The notes: generated by a model not told the origin, from the sequence alone. A stretch of DNA of 64,000 nt from Macrostomum lignano (GCA_002269645.1 NIVC01001006.1:124001-188000), one strand, 5' to 3'; shown: positions 28,177 through 41,632, numbered from the stretch's first letter. A program made the numbers and translations.

Positions 28177-30880
28177 TCACCCGTAGCTCAGGCGCTCCGG
28201 GGGACGTCGAACTCGCGACGATCGGCGCAGAGACCCGTCGATCTCAGGGTCTCCAGGAGCAGCCAGGTTTGGCGGCTCGTCCACGGCCGGCATCGCAGCT
28301 TCCGGCTCAGGTGCGGCCTTGGCGTCGGTAGCACCGTCTGTCACGCCAGCTCCTGTAGGCCGCGGCTGCTCAGGACCACCGCGGACATGGTCAACGTGCC
28401 GCCGCACCACTCGGTCGTCGCCATCGAATCCGCACAGGTAGGAGGTCGGACCGGTGGCACCGACAACTCGCGCCGGCTTCCACCGACCTCCGTTGGCTCC
28501 AAAGTCTCTGGCCAGTACAGCGTCTCCAGTCTCGAAGGTCCTAAACCGAGCTTTGCAGTCGTGGTGCTCTTTTTGCTGATTTTGCTTACGCTGTACTCTT
28601 GCTCCCAGGTCTGGCCGAGCTCGATCTAGCAACGTGCACAGGTGCCGTCCCATCAGGAGTTCGCAGGGAGCCACACCAGTTGTCGCATGCGGAGTGACCC
28701 GGTAGCTCAGCAGGAACCGGGCGACCTTATCCTCCAAGGAGTCTTCGCGCTGCTTCTCCAGGGACCGCTTCAGCGTCTGGACAGCTCGTTCCGCCAGGCC
28801 GTTGGACGCCGGATGGTAGGGAGCAACGCGCACGTGCTGAATGCCGTTCTTCTGGAGAAAGTCGGACATCTCCTCGCTGACCAAGTTGGGCCCATTGTCC
28901 GACACCAGCACATCTGGCAACCCGTGCGTCGCGAAGCTGGAGCGGAGTTTCTGGATGGTGACAGCTGAGGTCGCTGACGTCACCACATGCACATCCAGCC
29001 ACTTTGAATGGGCATCGACGACAACCAGCAGCATCTTGCCAGACACCGGACCCGCATAGTCGATATGCACTCGAGACCACGGTCGGTCAGGCCACGGCCA
29101 CGACAACATTGGCGAAGGCGCCGGGGCGTTCTGCAACTCCTGACAGTCGGAGCAGGCCTTGGCCAGGTTTTCGATCTCCGAGTCTAATCCTGGCCACCAG
29201 AAATAACCTCGGGCTAACGTCTTCATGCGTGACGCCCCCGCATGACCTTGATGCAGCACCTGGAGCAGTGCAGCTCGCGCTCCAACCGGGACCACCACTC
29301 GAGCGCCCCACAGGAGGCAGCCGTCTTGCACACTGAGCTCAGCCGCTCTCTTGGAGTATGGCAGCAGATCGTCACTGACCCGCTCTGGCCAGCCGATTTG
29401 CGTGAAGTGCAGAGCTCGGGCTAGTGTGGGGTCCCTTCGAGTCAGGCCGCGTATCTGAGCTGCCGTGACAGGTCCATCGTCCAGGTGGTCCATCAGCATG
29501 ACCAGTTCTGCCAGCTTCGGGACCGTCGCCGGCTTGCCGGGCAGCGGCAGGCGACTCAGGGCATCGGCGCATAGCAGTGAGGCTCCGGCTCGGTGAACCA
29601 TGCGGTAGTTATAGCCAGACAGCAGCAGAGCCCACCTCTGAATTCCTCCAGATGCCAGGGCCGGCACGGCCTTGTTCTCAGCAAGCAATCCAAGCAGAGG
29701 TTTGTGGTCACTCACCAGCAGAAATGGGCGGCCGAACAGGTACGCGTTGAACTTCTTGACCGCAAACACTACAGCGAGGGCTTCCTTCTCGAGCTGCGAG
29801 TAGTTTTTCTCAGCGTCGTGCAACGTACGCGAGGCAAAGGCCACAGGCCGGACAGCTCCATCGATCCTGTGGCTGATGACCGCACCCAGACCGTAAGGGG
29901 ACGCGTCGCACTCGAGCAGCAGGTCTTCGCTCGGGTCAAAGTGCGCCAATACCGGAGCCGAAGACAGCAGGGCCTTGCACTTCTCGAAAGCGGAGTTCTG
30001 AGCAGCGCCCCAGTTCCAGCGGTGTTGCTCACGCAGCAGCAGGTGCAGCGGTGCCAGGATTTGAGACAAATTAGGCAGGAATTTGCCATAGTAGTTCACC
30101 ATGCCTAGGAAGCTGCGCAGCTGAGTTGCGTCCTTGGGAGCTGGAGCGCTGACAATTGCCTCGACCTTGTCTTTGATCGGGTGCAGGCCGTCGGCATCGA
30201 TGCGGTGACCGAGATAACTGATGCTCGTCTGCATGAACTGGCACTTCTCCAGTTTGCACCGGAGGCCACTCTGGCTCAGCTTCTCCAGAACCTGCTCCAG
30301 GGAGTTCAGATGACTGCTGTCGTCCTTCCCGGTGATGATGAGGTCATCGATGAAGCAGGCGGTGCTGGTGATTCCTTGCAGCAAGCAGTCCATCCGGCGC
30401 TGAAAAATCCCGACCGCTGGCGAGACACCGAAGGGCAGCCGCGTGTACCGAAGCAGCCCTTTGTGCGTATTGATCGTGCAGACTTCCTGGGAGGCCTCAT
30501 CGAGTGGCAGCTGCATGTACGCCTGCGACAAGTCGAGCTTAGTAAAGAGCCGCCCACCAGTCAGCTTCGCGAACAGCTCTTCGATCCGTGGCAGAGGATA
30601 CGAGTCGGGCTCCACGTTCGGGTTGACGGTCTGCTTAAAGTCGGCGCAGACCCTCACAGAGCCGTCGGACTTGAGCACTGGCACCACCGGCGATGCGTAC
30701 TCGGAGTGCTGCACGGGCACCAGGATTCCTTGTTCGATCTCGCGGTTCAGTTGGCTCTCCACCTTGTCCTTCAAAGCAAAGGGGAGATTCCTGGCCTTCA
30801 TAAAGCGAGGTTGAGCATCGGGCTTCATATTCAAGCTCACTGGCGGTCCGTTGTACTTCCCTAGCTCAGGTGAAAAAAAC
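28177..30880 (-). CDS. Gypsy pol: RT, RNase H and integrase
   Basis: FTKLDLSQAY, YTRLPFG, CFIDD; LECDASPYGLGAV; HQGH...C..C, HIDYAG, SDNG, GLAERAVQ. Confidence 0.93.
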
Positions 30881-32098
30881 ATCGCTGTACTTGTCGAGCA
30901 GCTGCTGCAGTCTGGGCGACACCTCAGGAGCAGCTGCCACCTGCTTGATTGATCTCCAGTCGAGCCGCAACTCGGACAGCCAGTCTCTTCCGAGCAGGTC
31001 GGATCCGCAGCCGGCGACCACAAGGAGGCTGAGTGACTTGGGCGGTGCTTCAGCAGCTTCCACAGCAACGCAGATGCAGCCTTCAATTGGCACTTTCTCA
31101 CCGGAGTATGTTCGCAGCTGCACGGACGCAGGCTGCAGTGCTGGCTGGGAGTTGAGCACGGTCCTGTAGGTCTTCGAGGATACAAGGGACACGGAGGCTC
31201 CGGTGTCCACTTCCATGACAACAGGTCGGCCATTGATGCGCACCGTCGTTGTAATTGGCGGCACCTTCGACACCCGCTTGCCGGACAGCTGGTACAGAGA
31301 GTGGGCCGTTTCCTCCTTGCAGCTGTCTTTTTCCTCGCCGTCCTGCATCTGCAGAGCCTCTCTTCTATCGTCCTTCGACTGGAATTTGCAGGCAGCCGCC
31401 GTGTGGCCGGTCTTTGAGCACTTGTAGCACTTCTGGGTGGCGAACGGGCACTTATTAGCGAGATGCTTCGTTGACAGGCACCTGAAGCACCTCCTCGTCG
31501 AAGATGACTTCTGCTGTTGCTTGAAAATGCTGACGGACTCCTGACTGACTGGATCTGGCTTACTCGCTCCCGACACCAGCTGGCAGCCCTTGGCGGCGGA
31601 CTCGTGGGCCAGGGCCAGCTTCAATGCCTTCGCTAGAGTGAGATCGGGCTCCGCCAGCAGCCGCCGCTGAGCGCTGTCGTTGTTGATTCCCAGCACCAGC
31701 CTGTCGCGAAGCATCGAAGTCAGGCTGTCGCCGAACTTGCAGTCGCGAGCCAGGTCTCGGAGGTCTGCGACGAAGTCCGCGACGCCCTCACCTTCCCTGC
31801 GATTTCTGGTGTAGAACCGGTAACGATGGACGATCTCGGACTTCTCAGGCTCGAAATGGCTCTTCAGTGCTTCGCAAATTTCGGTGTAGCTCTTGGCTGA
31901 TGGCTGTGCAGGAGACAGAAGACTGAAGGCCAGATGGAAGACTTTCTTGCCGCATGAACTCAGCAGAATCGCTCGCTTTTTCGCTTCCTCAGTGACGTCA
32001 TTGGCAACAAAATATTGTTCTAACCTTGCTTGGTACATATGCCACGGCTCAGAGCCTTCTTCGTATGGGCCGACAAGCCCTAGTGCACTTGCACTCAT
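30866..32098 (-). CDS. Gypsy gag (two CCHC knuckles) plus aspartic protease
   Basis: CFRCLSTKHLANKC, CYKCSKTGHTAAAC, MEVDTGASVS. Confidence 0.92.
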   Translation of the reverse strand: MSASALGLVGPYEEGSEPWHMYQARLEQYFVANDVTEEAKKRAILLSSCGKKVFHLAFSLLSPAQPSAKSYTEICEALKSHFEPEKSEIVHRYRFYTRNRREGEGVADFVADLRDLARDCKFGDSLTSMLRDRLVLGINNDSAQRRLLAEPDLTLAKALKLALAHESAAKGCQLVSGASKPDPVSQESVSIFKQQQKSSSTRRCFRCLSTKHLANKCPFATQKCYKCSKTGHTAAACKFQSKDDRREALQMQDGEEKDSCKEETAHSLYQLSGKRVSKVPPITTTVRINGRPVVMEVDTGASVSLVSSKTYRTVLNSQPALQPASVQLRTYSGEKVPIEGCICVAVEAAEAPPKSLSLLVVAGCGSDLLGRDWLSELRLDWRSIKQVAAAPEVSPRLQQLLDKYSDVFFT

Positions 32099-32129
32099 TT
32101 GCGCAGGGTCGTTTCAGTCTCGTCGCCAC

Positions 32130-32319
32130 TGTAAAAACTCCACTTCGGGGGTAAGACCCCCCCAAAGGCAGAGAGCTTGTATTTAATATAGCTGGCCAAC
32201 AATAAAGGTTGTCTGACAAAGCGTCAGCCAATCACACGCGCGCGTGCAGCGCGTGCAGGTGTACACCTGCACTGTACATTACACTGAGCAGAGCCACTGA
32301 GCAGACCCACGCTACCACA
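32130..32319 (-). repeat. 5' LTR (190 bp)
   Basis: Adjacent to the PBS; matches the 3' LTR. Confidence 0.95.
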
Positions 32320-32324
32320 GCCTT

Positions 32325-32992
32325 GTCTTCCATCAAGCTCTCAACCAAGTCAGTTTCAGACTGCCTCAAAAGCTTGCAGACCCTAGTGATTCTCAACAGG
32401 ATCAATGTTATCTGGACACCAGGCCATAGCAACATCCTCGGCAACGAGCTTGTGGATCAGCTTGCCAAGCGGGGTTGCACCCCTGATGGAGCGCTACGCT
32501 CAGTCAAGTTACCTTCTCCGAAGTCATCGCTCAACCGCGCCATTCAAGATTGGCTGAACCGCCAGCATCAGACTCACTGGGACAGCTGCTCCGAATACCG
32601 GCAAGCACGAAAGGCTATGCCTGCCATTAACCGGAAAGTATCCGAATATCTAATCTCCTTAAGTAAAACTGACCTGAGGGAGATGTACATGGTCATTACT
32701 GGCCATGGCTTCTTCCAGAGACATATTTCACTGCAGTGGCTGCTCCCCTATCTGCCCATTCTGTGATTTAGAAGAGGAAACCTCGACGCACCACGTCACT
32801 TTCTGCCCGCACTTCAACGAGGCGCGGAGACGTCACCTCGGTCAACCGCTAAGGCTTGACGAGCTCACCACTCCGGACCGGATCCGTGACCTACGCGCAT
32901 TCGTTCGGGATTCTGGGCGGATGAAGATCGCAGACGCCACTCTCGCGAGCTCTTCTGCTGCCGGCGAGGGGTGGGCGCGGCCCCAAGGCTAA
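32325..32992 (+). pseudogene. LINE ORF2 C-terminus: RNase H second half and Cys/His motif
   Basis: Removing the Gypsy element restores AAIKALSSIKL; [20 protein letters not shown]; [18 protein letters not shown]. Confidence 0.88.
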
Positions 32993-33084
32993 CGCCTTTC
33001 TGTTTTTAGCTTGGGGTTGCGATAGGGGCCTCGCGGCCTATTCGCGGCGCTCTGCCCCCCGTCGGTAGTAAGTAAGTAAGTAAG

Positions 33085-33395
33085 TTGTCGCCGAATTAAC
33101 TGGAAGCCTATTAGATCATGCATATTAGCATATTAGTCGAATTAGCTTGTCGCTGAATTAACTGGAAGCCTATTAGATCATGCATATTAGCATATTAGTC
33201 GAATTAGCTTGTCGCCGAATTAACTGGAAGCCTATTAGATCATGCATATTAGCATATTAGTCGAATTAGCTTGTCGCCGAATTAACTGGAAGCCTATTAG
33301 ATCATGCATATTAGCATATTAGTCGAATTTGCTTGTCGCCGAATTAACTGGAAGCCTATTAGATCATGCATATTAGCATATTAGTCGAATTTGCT
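33085..33395. repeat. 62-bp tandem array, right part (~5 units)
   Basis: Same unit as 22474-23114, resuming in register after the LINE tail. Confidence 0.95.
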
Positions 33396-34692
33396 ATCAT
33401 ATGGTGTCTCAACCATAGACATAAAATTGAGCTATTTTGAACACGAGTAAGGACCTGTGTTTATGAAACAACAAAATCGTTGACGCTTGACACTTGTCAC
33501 TTGTCATTTGTCGACTTGTCACTTGTCACGAGTAGCTTTTTATGAAACCAGCCCCTGCCATGCAAGTCCCAAACTACTCAACCTGGCAGGTCCAGTCCTT
33601 TATTATACTGAAAAAGCATTTCGTAAAACAAATTTTTCTTGACAAAAGAACGAAAAGTTTGCAAATGTTTGAGGGACCCTGGAATGGAAATACTTAAATA
33701 ATATAATCATACTGATACTATACAAGAAGTTTATATTTTGCATAAATAAAGTTTTTATTAGAGTGATTCTCATCGAGAGGTTTCAGAGGTTTTGAGGTTT
33801 TTCAGAGGTTTCATTTTGAACAAATATTTTTGCACAAAATTTTTAATACTGTACAAAAATTGAAATCTTATTAAAATTTACTAATGAATACAAATTTTCC
33901 TTAGAAAATAGCTCGGAGGTTTTGGATTCTTTTTAAATTTGCTTCTGATAGGCACGCGCGGAAATTATTTAACTTAGGCAACTATTTTTATGCTTTAAGA
34001 AAGTGGTTTTTAAAAACACTACACGCAACACAACACACTGGTAATGTCATCGTTGCCATTGGCATTTACATTTAAGGTGGAAAAAATATTCGACTTTAAG
34101 GCGCTGCTTGAAATATACTGAAAACATATAGACAGCTGTTTCATCCGTTTCCTGTTTTTACTTGAGTGCTGCATACCATTTTGCATTCGAATTATGTAAT
34201 GACATTGACGACCTGCATGCATACTGCCTCAGTGAAGTAAATAGAAGAATTATTCTTGTCTCAATGTTTTTTTTTAAAAAATATCTGAGGGCCTAGAATT
34301 ACAAGTATGCATTTTACTTTTTATTACTTACAGCAGAGCATTTTACTTTTAATCATGAAAATTATTTTTAACTACTAAAAGCTATTAGCTTTTCTCTCAT
34401 AAATAACACTAGTTGCACAACTGTTACTGCTGACAAAAGCTCTAACACCTTAGATTTAGTTCTTATACAAACAAAATGCTTGCAGTAAGACTTTGTACAC
34501 ATTTTGACATTGTTTTTTAAAAATATTATAATTTCTTCAATATAAATGTATTATTGGAATCTTTAAAGATTGCAAGAACAAATGTATAGGAAAATCATTG
34601 TTTATTGACTTTTGAAATTGATTGTTTATGAAAAGTTATAGATGAAAGTAACCATAATCAATACCTTTTATTTCAACATACTTATTGTTATT

Positions 34693-34933
34693 GCTATCTA
34701 ACTAGGCTTACTTTTTTATCTTTTAGTTTGACTTTGGCTAGAGTCTAGAGCTAGATTCCTAGGCCTAGGCCTACTTTTATTGATCAGATAGACCCCTAAG
34801 CAATATTAAACTGGTAGGCCTGGCTAGACTTAGGCCCCTATAATAGGGGTATAGGCCCCAAGATAACTCTAAAATTAAGACAGCCTAGCTAAATATGACA
34901 GATAGATATTATAAGGCCTATTAGCTAATATGC
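34693..34933. repeat. ~240-bp dispersed direct repeat, copy 1
   Basis: Appears identical by eye to 38531-38771; rich in AGGCCT/CCTAGG palindromes. Confidence 0.92.
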
Positions 34934-37244
34934 ATATATTTCAACTACCGCTTGCCTGGTCTCCTGCCTGCATTCTGAGCCTGTACAGGCCAACAATGCT
35001 TCATGTTTGTATAATCTAATAACTGTCATTATGGCATTCCATGTCCTATACCCACTTATGTTGCGACTCAGTGCAACCTAGCTCGCCATCGCCACCCTTA
35101 GAGCTTTGGCAGGCTGGTTGCTTTTGTGGTGGCAATTGGTTTGGTTGTCAGCATACAGAAGATGGCTGTGCTCTAGCTACTAACCAGATGACATCAACCG
35201 ACAGCCTAGGGGCTAATCTACTGCGCACTGCCTTCGAGATGAGTGACTGAAGTTCTTCAACTGCTTGCTGGCTGACGCGCTACAGCCTTCATTTTTGCAG
35301 GCATCGTCTTTCATATGCGCATTAAATTTAGTTAAGAAAAGTTAAGAACTTCACTTTCATCTGAGTAAATAACAAGAAAAGACTTATATTCTCTCATGTA
35401 AAGATCTGAAATGGTAACTTTTAAACTGTTTTGATTTGACTCTCAAAGAATATTTATAATATAGTGTATTTAGGCAATGTACAGCAATGTATGGATAAAT
35501 ATACATACTGATAAAGAAAATACAAAACGTTCCTTCTTTGATTGTGAAATGCATTCTTGCAATGTTCGATGTTTTAAAAATGTAAGGCCTAAAAAAAAGA
35601 CAAGACCAATTGGCAACTACCGTGAAGCTAATTTGCTTGTATCAAGTTGGCGTACGCTGGCTGACATTGGATTATCTATGAGACTTGGAGTCTCGCTGCA
35701 CTAAACCCTTGAAAAAACGTTAGCCAGCCTTTTGAGATTCAGCATAGCATTCCAGGTTCAATGGCATGTCTATGAAGATGCATCCTACATCGTCAAGACC
35801 ACCGAGGTGATCGAGACCTCAATATTGTAGGGTGAGGAACATGGGCGATGCTTCTCCAGTGCGCGGTTGCCGCTACGGCCAGCAAAGTGCAATCGGGCAG
35901 TCGCATTATGTCAGTTGTAGTGAGTTCCATTTGGATCAGTAACACTCGGCTGCTGCTGCTGCTGGACAAAAATGATTGGTGTGAGTTCCCTTGACACAAT
36001 TCCCGCAGGGCAATCAGGTGGGCTGCAAATTCCTCTCCAAGATTGGCACCAGCATGCCTGACATTGGTTTTCATGGCCTCCAATTGAGACTATCGAACCA
36101 GTTGATGCTGGAAGCCCAAAAATGCGACAATGGGACTCGAGTGCTGCAATGATGAGCAACAATGCTGAAGTCGAGCTGCGCCAAAATCTCCTGTAATGGG
36201 TAATAGTGAAATGAGGAATTTTATCTGTCTAATCATTGGAATGAACTTCCCTGAAAGGTCATGCCATAACTTTTGCTGAAAATCGCGCCATTAGGAATTT
36301 AGGGACACTAGCCATGTAACATGTATGAATGTCATCTCTTGCCCCAACCATTGGCCTTTGCTTTCAGCTACCCTTGATCCTCATAACATGTATATTGGAA
36401 AGACAGTATTTAGAAAATTTACTCACTTGTTGCAGTCAAATGTAGTGAAGACCTTGGGGTGTCAAGAAAGACACTTGGTGGATTAATTTAATCGACTTCT
36501 AGAAGCATATCATCTTGTGCAATGGTATTTTAGTAGGCCATTGCTTTGCACGAATTCCCATAGTTTGATGGGCTCTGGAAAGATGGCATGATTGATAAAG
36601 GAATACAATGTTAGTCTTACATTTTAATATATGAATGTAGTGTAAGTACTTAACATCATAAGAAAATCTAAAGATTTATAACCTTCTCCCCAACATGGTT
36701 GGCACCATGCATTTCATTGGCATGATAACTACTGTGGATGATAAGAGAGTATATTTGTTTAATATTAAAACAATTAACTTATAAAGTAAATTAAAAATTG
36801 AATAAAAATGTGATGACTAGGCATACATAAGTACAAGCTACTATTTACTTTGAATATTTGCATAAAAAGACAAAAACTAAAGCAAGTTACTAATGTATAA
36901 GAGTAATAGAAATTGTACTCACCTATATAAACTTAAATTATAACTGAATATAAATAGCTATTAATAAATTATATTTAAATTTAATAAGTAAAAATTTCAG
37001 TTCATTAGAGCTTTCAAATTTATACGTAGAGGTAGAGCAATCAAATAAAAAATTGCCATTTTTAAAGCCTGGTGAAGAGAATTATTCACTAGGATTAGAG
37101 ACTTAGTCTTAGGTAATAAATATTTTTATCCTGTGCATAGTGTGTTAGGATTTAGGATGATGATGTAAAAATAGTAAAATGAGATAAAATAAAAATATTT
37201 TTTAATATATTGGATGTAAAATAAAAAAGAATATCAAATAAGTG

Positions 37245-37516
37245 CAGGGGCGTAGCCAGGATTTTTTTTGGGGGTATCGGTTAGCTGTTATCAGAAAGCA
37301 AGGGCTTGAGGTCCACATATCCCCTTAATGTAGGCCTATTTCTAGTGCATAATACATATAATTACTCTATTTGTTTGTTAATTGTTATTCTTTCGATTTT
37401 GATAAATTCTCTTCCTTAAAGGTCACAATTGCAACTGAAAAAAAGGAAAAAAAATGTTGCTTTGGAAATTTGGGGGTATCGGCCGATATACCGATACCCC
37501 CCTCGCTACGCCCCTG
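37245..37516. mobile_element. hAT-like MITE
   Basis: TIR CAGGGGCGTAGC/GCTACGCCCCTG with a perfect 8-bp TSD AATAAGTG. Confidence 0.9.
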
Positions 37517-38530
37517 AATAAGTGAAATTAAAAATAATATATTTTACATTAAATATGCCTAGTAAAATACTGAGTGCCTTTAGTTAGTTAGACTAACAAT
37601 CTATATTAAATAGCAACTGATACTGACTTGATGAAAAAAATACTGAATTGGTCTTGTTAGTGTTAGTCATAATTTAAGTCTGGCTTAAAAATTGACAGCT
37701 TTCTTAAGACAAGTAAAAAACAATATGAAATTCGCATTGGTAAATAGTGTCTGTATTTAATTACATGGACAGGTCTAGTAGAAATTAGGATAGTTACGAA
37801 TATGCATTGAAAGGGACAACACACACTTGTGACGGCTCGCAACTTTGCGCTTATGAAATGAAATGTGTCAGACTACCACTTCGCACAAAAACAGTTAAAT
37901 AATTTTCGCGCGTGCCTATCAGAAGCAAAATTAAAAAGAATCCGAAACCTCCGAGCTATTTTCTAAACAAAATTTGTATTCATTAGTAAATTTCAGTAAG
38001 ATTTAAATTTTTGTACAGAATTAAAAATTTTGTGTAAAAATATTTGTTCGAAATGAAACCTCTGAAAAACCTCAAAACCTCCGAAACCTCTCGATGAGAA
38101 TCACCCTTTTTATTACTCTTTCCGGATAGTGTTCGCTATAAGCTCGCGCTAGAGGTCGAGACGGGGCGATACGTTAGAGAGCTAATAGGCCTAACCTCCA
38201 TGAAGTAACTATTGAGGTATTGGCGGGTCGGGGTCTACAGAGTTGCTCGATGGTTCATTTGGAAGCTATAACCATTCTTCAGATAGTTGTCATGGTTATT
38301 TGTACGAGCTATAATTCATTATAGACTTATCCACGTCTTTGTAGTTTGTAGATTGCTTGCTTTCCGCCTTCTACGACTCTATGGAGCTTGGGGCCTAGGC
38401 TAACTTTTACTAGTTGCTGTTTGCTGTTATATTAAAGACTCAGAGTTAGTATGTTGAAATATTAGTGTTTTGGCGTCCTAACACCAAGTAGTAATTCTAT
38501 GGACATGGTAGGCCTAGCCTAGGGCCCTAG

Positions 38531-38771
38531 GCTATCTAACTAGGCTTACTTTTTTATCTTTTAGTTTGACTTTGGCTAGAGTCTAGAGCTAGATTCCTAG
38601 GCCTAGGCCTACTTTTATTGATCAGATAGACCCCTAAGCAATATTAAACTGGTAGGCCTGGCTAGACTTAGGCCCCTATAATAGGGGTATAGGCCCCAAG
38701 ATAACTCTAAAATTAAGACAGCCTAGCTAAATATGACAGATAGATATTATAAGGCCTATTAGCTAATATGC
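38531..38771. repeat. ~240-bp dispersed direct repeat, copy 2
   Basis: Appears identical to 34693-34933. Confidence 0.92.
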
Positions 38772-38952
38772 CTAATATTACAATCATATCTTTACTTACA
38801 AAAATATTAGGCTAAATATATGATATTATGAATATCATTATTGCCTGAGTAAGAATTCATCCCAAAAACAAAAAGGCCTAGGGCCTAATACATTCTATAT
38901 TAAAAGTAAAAATGCACCTGCATGGCTGCATATAAAACTTTTTTTGGCCTTA

Positions 38953-39429
38953 GGCCATACGCCCATAGTCAGGAAGGTGGCAGAGTGTGCGCCGGAATAA
39001 ATTTTGGAAGGACAATCTATGCGCCGTCTGTGTGCCATCTGTGCACCATCTGTGTGCCATCTGTGCACCGTCTGTGCGCCATTTGTGTGCTGTCTGTGCA
39101 CTGTCTATGCGCCATCTGTGTGCCGTCTTTTCAATATTTGAAAAATGCAAGTTATAATAACAAATAGGCCTATGCAATTTACGACAAATTACAACTTCTA
39201 CGAATTTAAAGTGTGTACTGTAGCTTATGAGCCAATGTGCGCCGAGACCCTTTGTGTACACTGTGCTTCTGTGCCAATGTGTGCTGAGACCCTTTGTGTG
39301 TGCTGCGCTTGTGTGCCAATGTGCTCCAAGACCCTTTGTGTGCGCTGCGCTTGTGCGCCAATATGCGCCAAGACCCTTTGTGTGTGCGGGAATTTTTCCC
39401 CTCAGAGGCCAACTTCCTGACTATGGGCC
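38953..39429. mobile_element. PIF/Harbinger-like MITE with internal short tandem repeats
   Basis: TIR GCCCATAGTCAGGAAG(G/T)TGGC at both ends, with a 7-nt insertion on the left; TTA on both flanks. Confidence 0.7.
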
Positions 39430-39633
39430 TTAGGGAGCTTTAGTAAATTAGTATTGGTGCTAGTATTAGTGTTACCATTGCTATATTTAAAAAAAATCCA
39501 ACAATAGGCCTATGTATGGCTGTATATTCTTCTGATAAAAAATCCACTATTTTATGTATCATTCTTAATCAATTTTTGGCAATCCTACAGTTTTCTACTT
39601 TTAATTATTTTTCAAAAAATTATGGCATAGCAG

Positions 39634-39964
39634 GATCAGTGATAGGTGACTCCTAACAAAGAATGAGCCTGTCCTTATTCTGGCCCTATGTCGCTGACAC
39701 ATCTTGCAGGCTCAACACCAGCCATCGCTAGGGCCTACAGTCAGCAGCTTCGTAGCAATGTAGGCTCTTAGTGATGTTGCAGTTCTCACACTGCAAAGAG
39801 TTCCGGATTAGCCCATAACAACTGAGCTAGCACATTGCCAATTGTGTGTCTGGTATCAGCAGTACCAGCTCCCGATGACTAATATCCAGGGCAGCCAATG
39901 CATTTGCAGGTTCAATTTCTGCAGGTGGGATGACTGTCATTGGTGCAGGTAGACGACTGGCCAT
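39634..39964 (-). pseudogene. Merlin/ISXO2-like transposase N-terminal relic
   Basis: Manual translation with stops: GLIRNSLQCENC...DGWC*ACKMC...RIRTGSFFVRSHLSL, resembling the zinc-ribbon plus SIRxGSFF motif of ISXO2/Merlin transposases. Confidence 0.6.
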
Positions 39965-41632
39965 TGGGGCTTAGCTGAAATGCAGAAAAATTTTGAAAAA
40001 TAATTAAAAGTGGAAAACTGTAGGATCGCCCAATTTTTTTCTTCCATGTGCTTAATATATGAAGTATACCTTAGTTTTATTACATTTTATCTAGTAACCT
40101 TACTTTTATATGTTTAATTGTTTTCTTAGAAAATTCAAATAGGTATAAAATTTCATAGGCCCTAGTTTGAAAGATTGTCTTTGGCATAAAGTATAATTAT
40201 CAGTTTTGTAGGTAGACTAGGGCCTAGTCAATAGTTAGTTAATGCAAGGCAGATGCAATAGATTCATGTTATAACTTAAGCAGCTAGGCCTAAGGCTAAT
40301 ATACTACCAAAATCATGGATAGCCATCTACTTATTATAATTATTGATTATAATGCTTTTTTTATTTATAACACTATATATTTACTAGTTTCATTAGTTAG
40401 CAATTGACTATCTATTTATTAAAACTTATTAATCTTCCATTAAATCCTTTATACTATTTATCTTTTGAAACTGAATAGAAACTATAATTTTCAAAAGTAA
40501 AAGTAAAAGACTTTAATAAAGTCTACTATTATCAATAAAGATATAAACAAAAATATTTTAAGCAGTGTCCCATGACTTGCCAATATGTATACAAAAGGAA
40601 ATTTGAAAAAAAAGGTTTTTTAGAATGAATAACTTTTACTAGATGCAATTATATAGAATAAACAGCAAATATAAACTAGCAAAAAATAAATATACTATTT
40701 AATTTAAAAAACTTGAAAAATATATATCTGAATTTTATTTGGATATTAGTAAGCTCTAACATCTCTTTCAAAAAGATAGTTAAAAAATGTGACATTTCGA
40801 AAAAAAGAGCTTTTGAATTTTTTATAAATTTAATAAAATAATGTCTCATCTAAAAAGTCATTATAAAATGAAAAGCCAATATAATAAACATGTTTTTTAG
40901 TTTATAACTAATTTTTTGTATTAGATATATTTAAAATTTTGACTTGAAGTATATTTTGAATTTTGCTTTCACTTTTTCATTAGGTTAGCTTTGTTGCCAC
41001 CAGTTAGGAAACAACTTCTATCTCTAAATGTTTGAAAGTAGGGTGAAACTAGAATAGTGAAGAATATAGATGACATCAACTAATTCATTAAATTTTTTGA
41101 TATTTTGTTGTGCAATTATATGAAAGTTGGTTTTAAATTATTTTTTTTAAAATAGGGTAAGTTAATTTAAGCTTAATCTAGATATTTACTAGACTTGCTG
41201 CAACAAAGTAACTGAAAAGTTATTAAAATGTATACTATTTTGATATCCAAATTATGACTCATTTTAATTAGTGCCATTGGATTGATTTTGGTTTTGTTTT
41301 AATTTCTCCTATACTTTTTATATGATTAAAACAAATATATTATCACTATTTAAACTCTAGCATTTTGATTGCTAGTGAAACATTTGAATAATATGATTTA
41401 TCAGTTTTTTGTAAAGTATGAAGGTATAAAAAGTATTAAAATAACCAAAAGTTGTGAGCTTAGTCAGCTGATCCTGACAACTGAGCCAGGACTACATCCA
41501 CCAATGCATGCCCAAAATTATGCAATTGCGACGTTAAATACTAAGACTCGCTTCATATTCTTTTCTGGCTACTGTTTAGTAGGCAATCTCTTCTTTTCAA
41601 TTCAGTCTCAGCCACAGCGGAATCTTCGCAGA

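Larger units (their letters stand above)
27732..32319 (-). mobile_element. Ty3/Gypsy LTR retrotransposon, near-intact and recent
   Basis: TG...CA LTRs; 5-bp TSD GCCTT (27727-27731, 32320-32324); PBS TGGCGACGAG near 32119-32128; PPT GGGGAGGGA at 27913-27921; domain order gag-PR-RT-RH-IN. Confidence 0.96.
33761..38106. mobile_element. Non-autonomous DNA transposon with ~205-bp TIRs (Merlin- or MULE-like)
   Basis: 33761-33970 is an inverted copy of 37897-38106 (GAGTGATTCTCATCGAGAGG / CCTCTCGATGAGAATCACCC). Flanks GTTTTTATTA / TTTTTTATTA give a 9-10-bp TSD. Only degenerate coding traces inside. Confidence 0.8.

Noticed and set aside
28171-30864. Many antisense or alternate-frame ORFs over Gypsy pol, LINE ORF2 and GC-rich host exons
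   Set aside because: Shadow ORFs caused by high GC3; no independent motifs.
33480-33560. TTGTCAC repeats ending in TTTATGAAACCAGCCCCTG (one MITE-like end)
   Set aside because: No matching left TIR or TSD; at most a truncated remnant.
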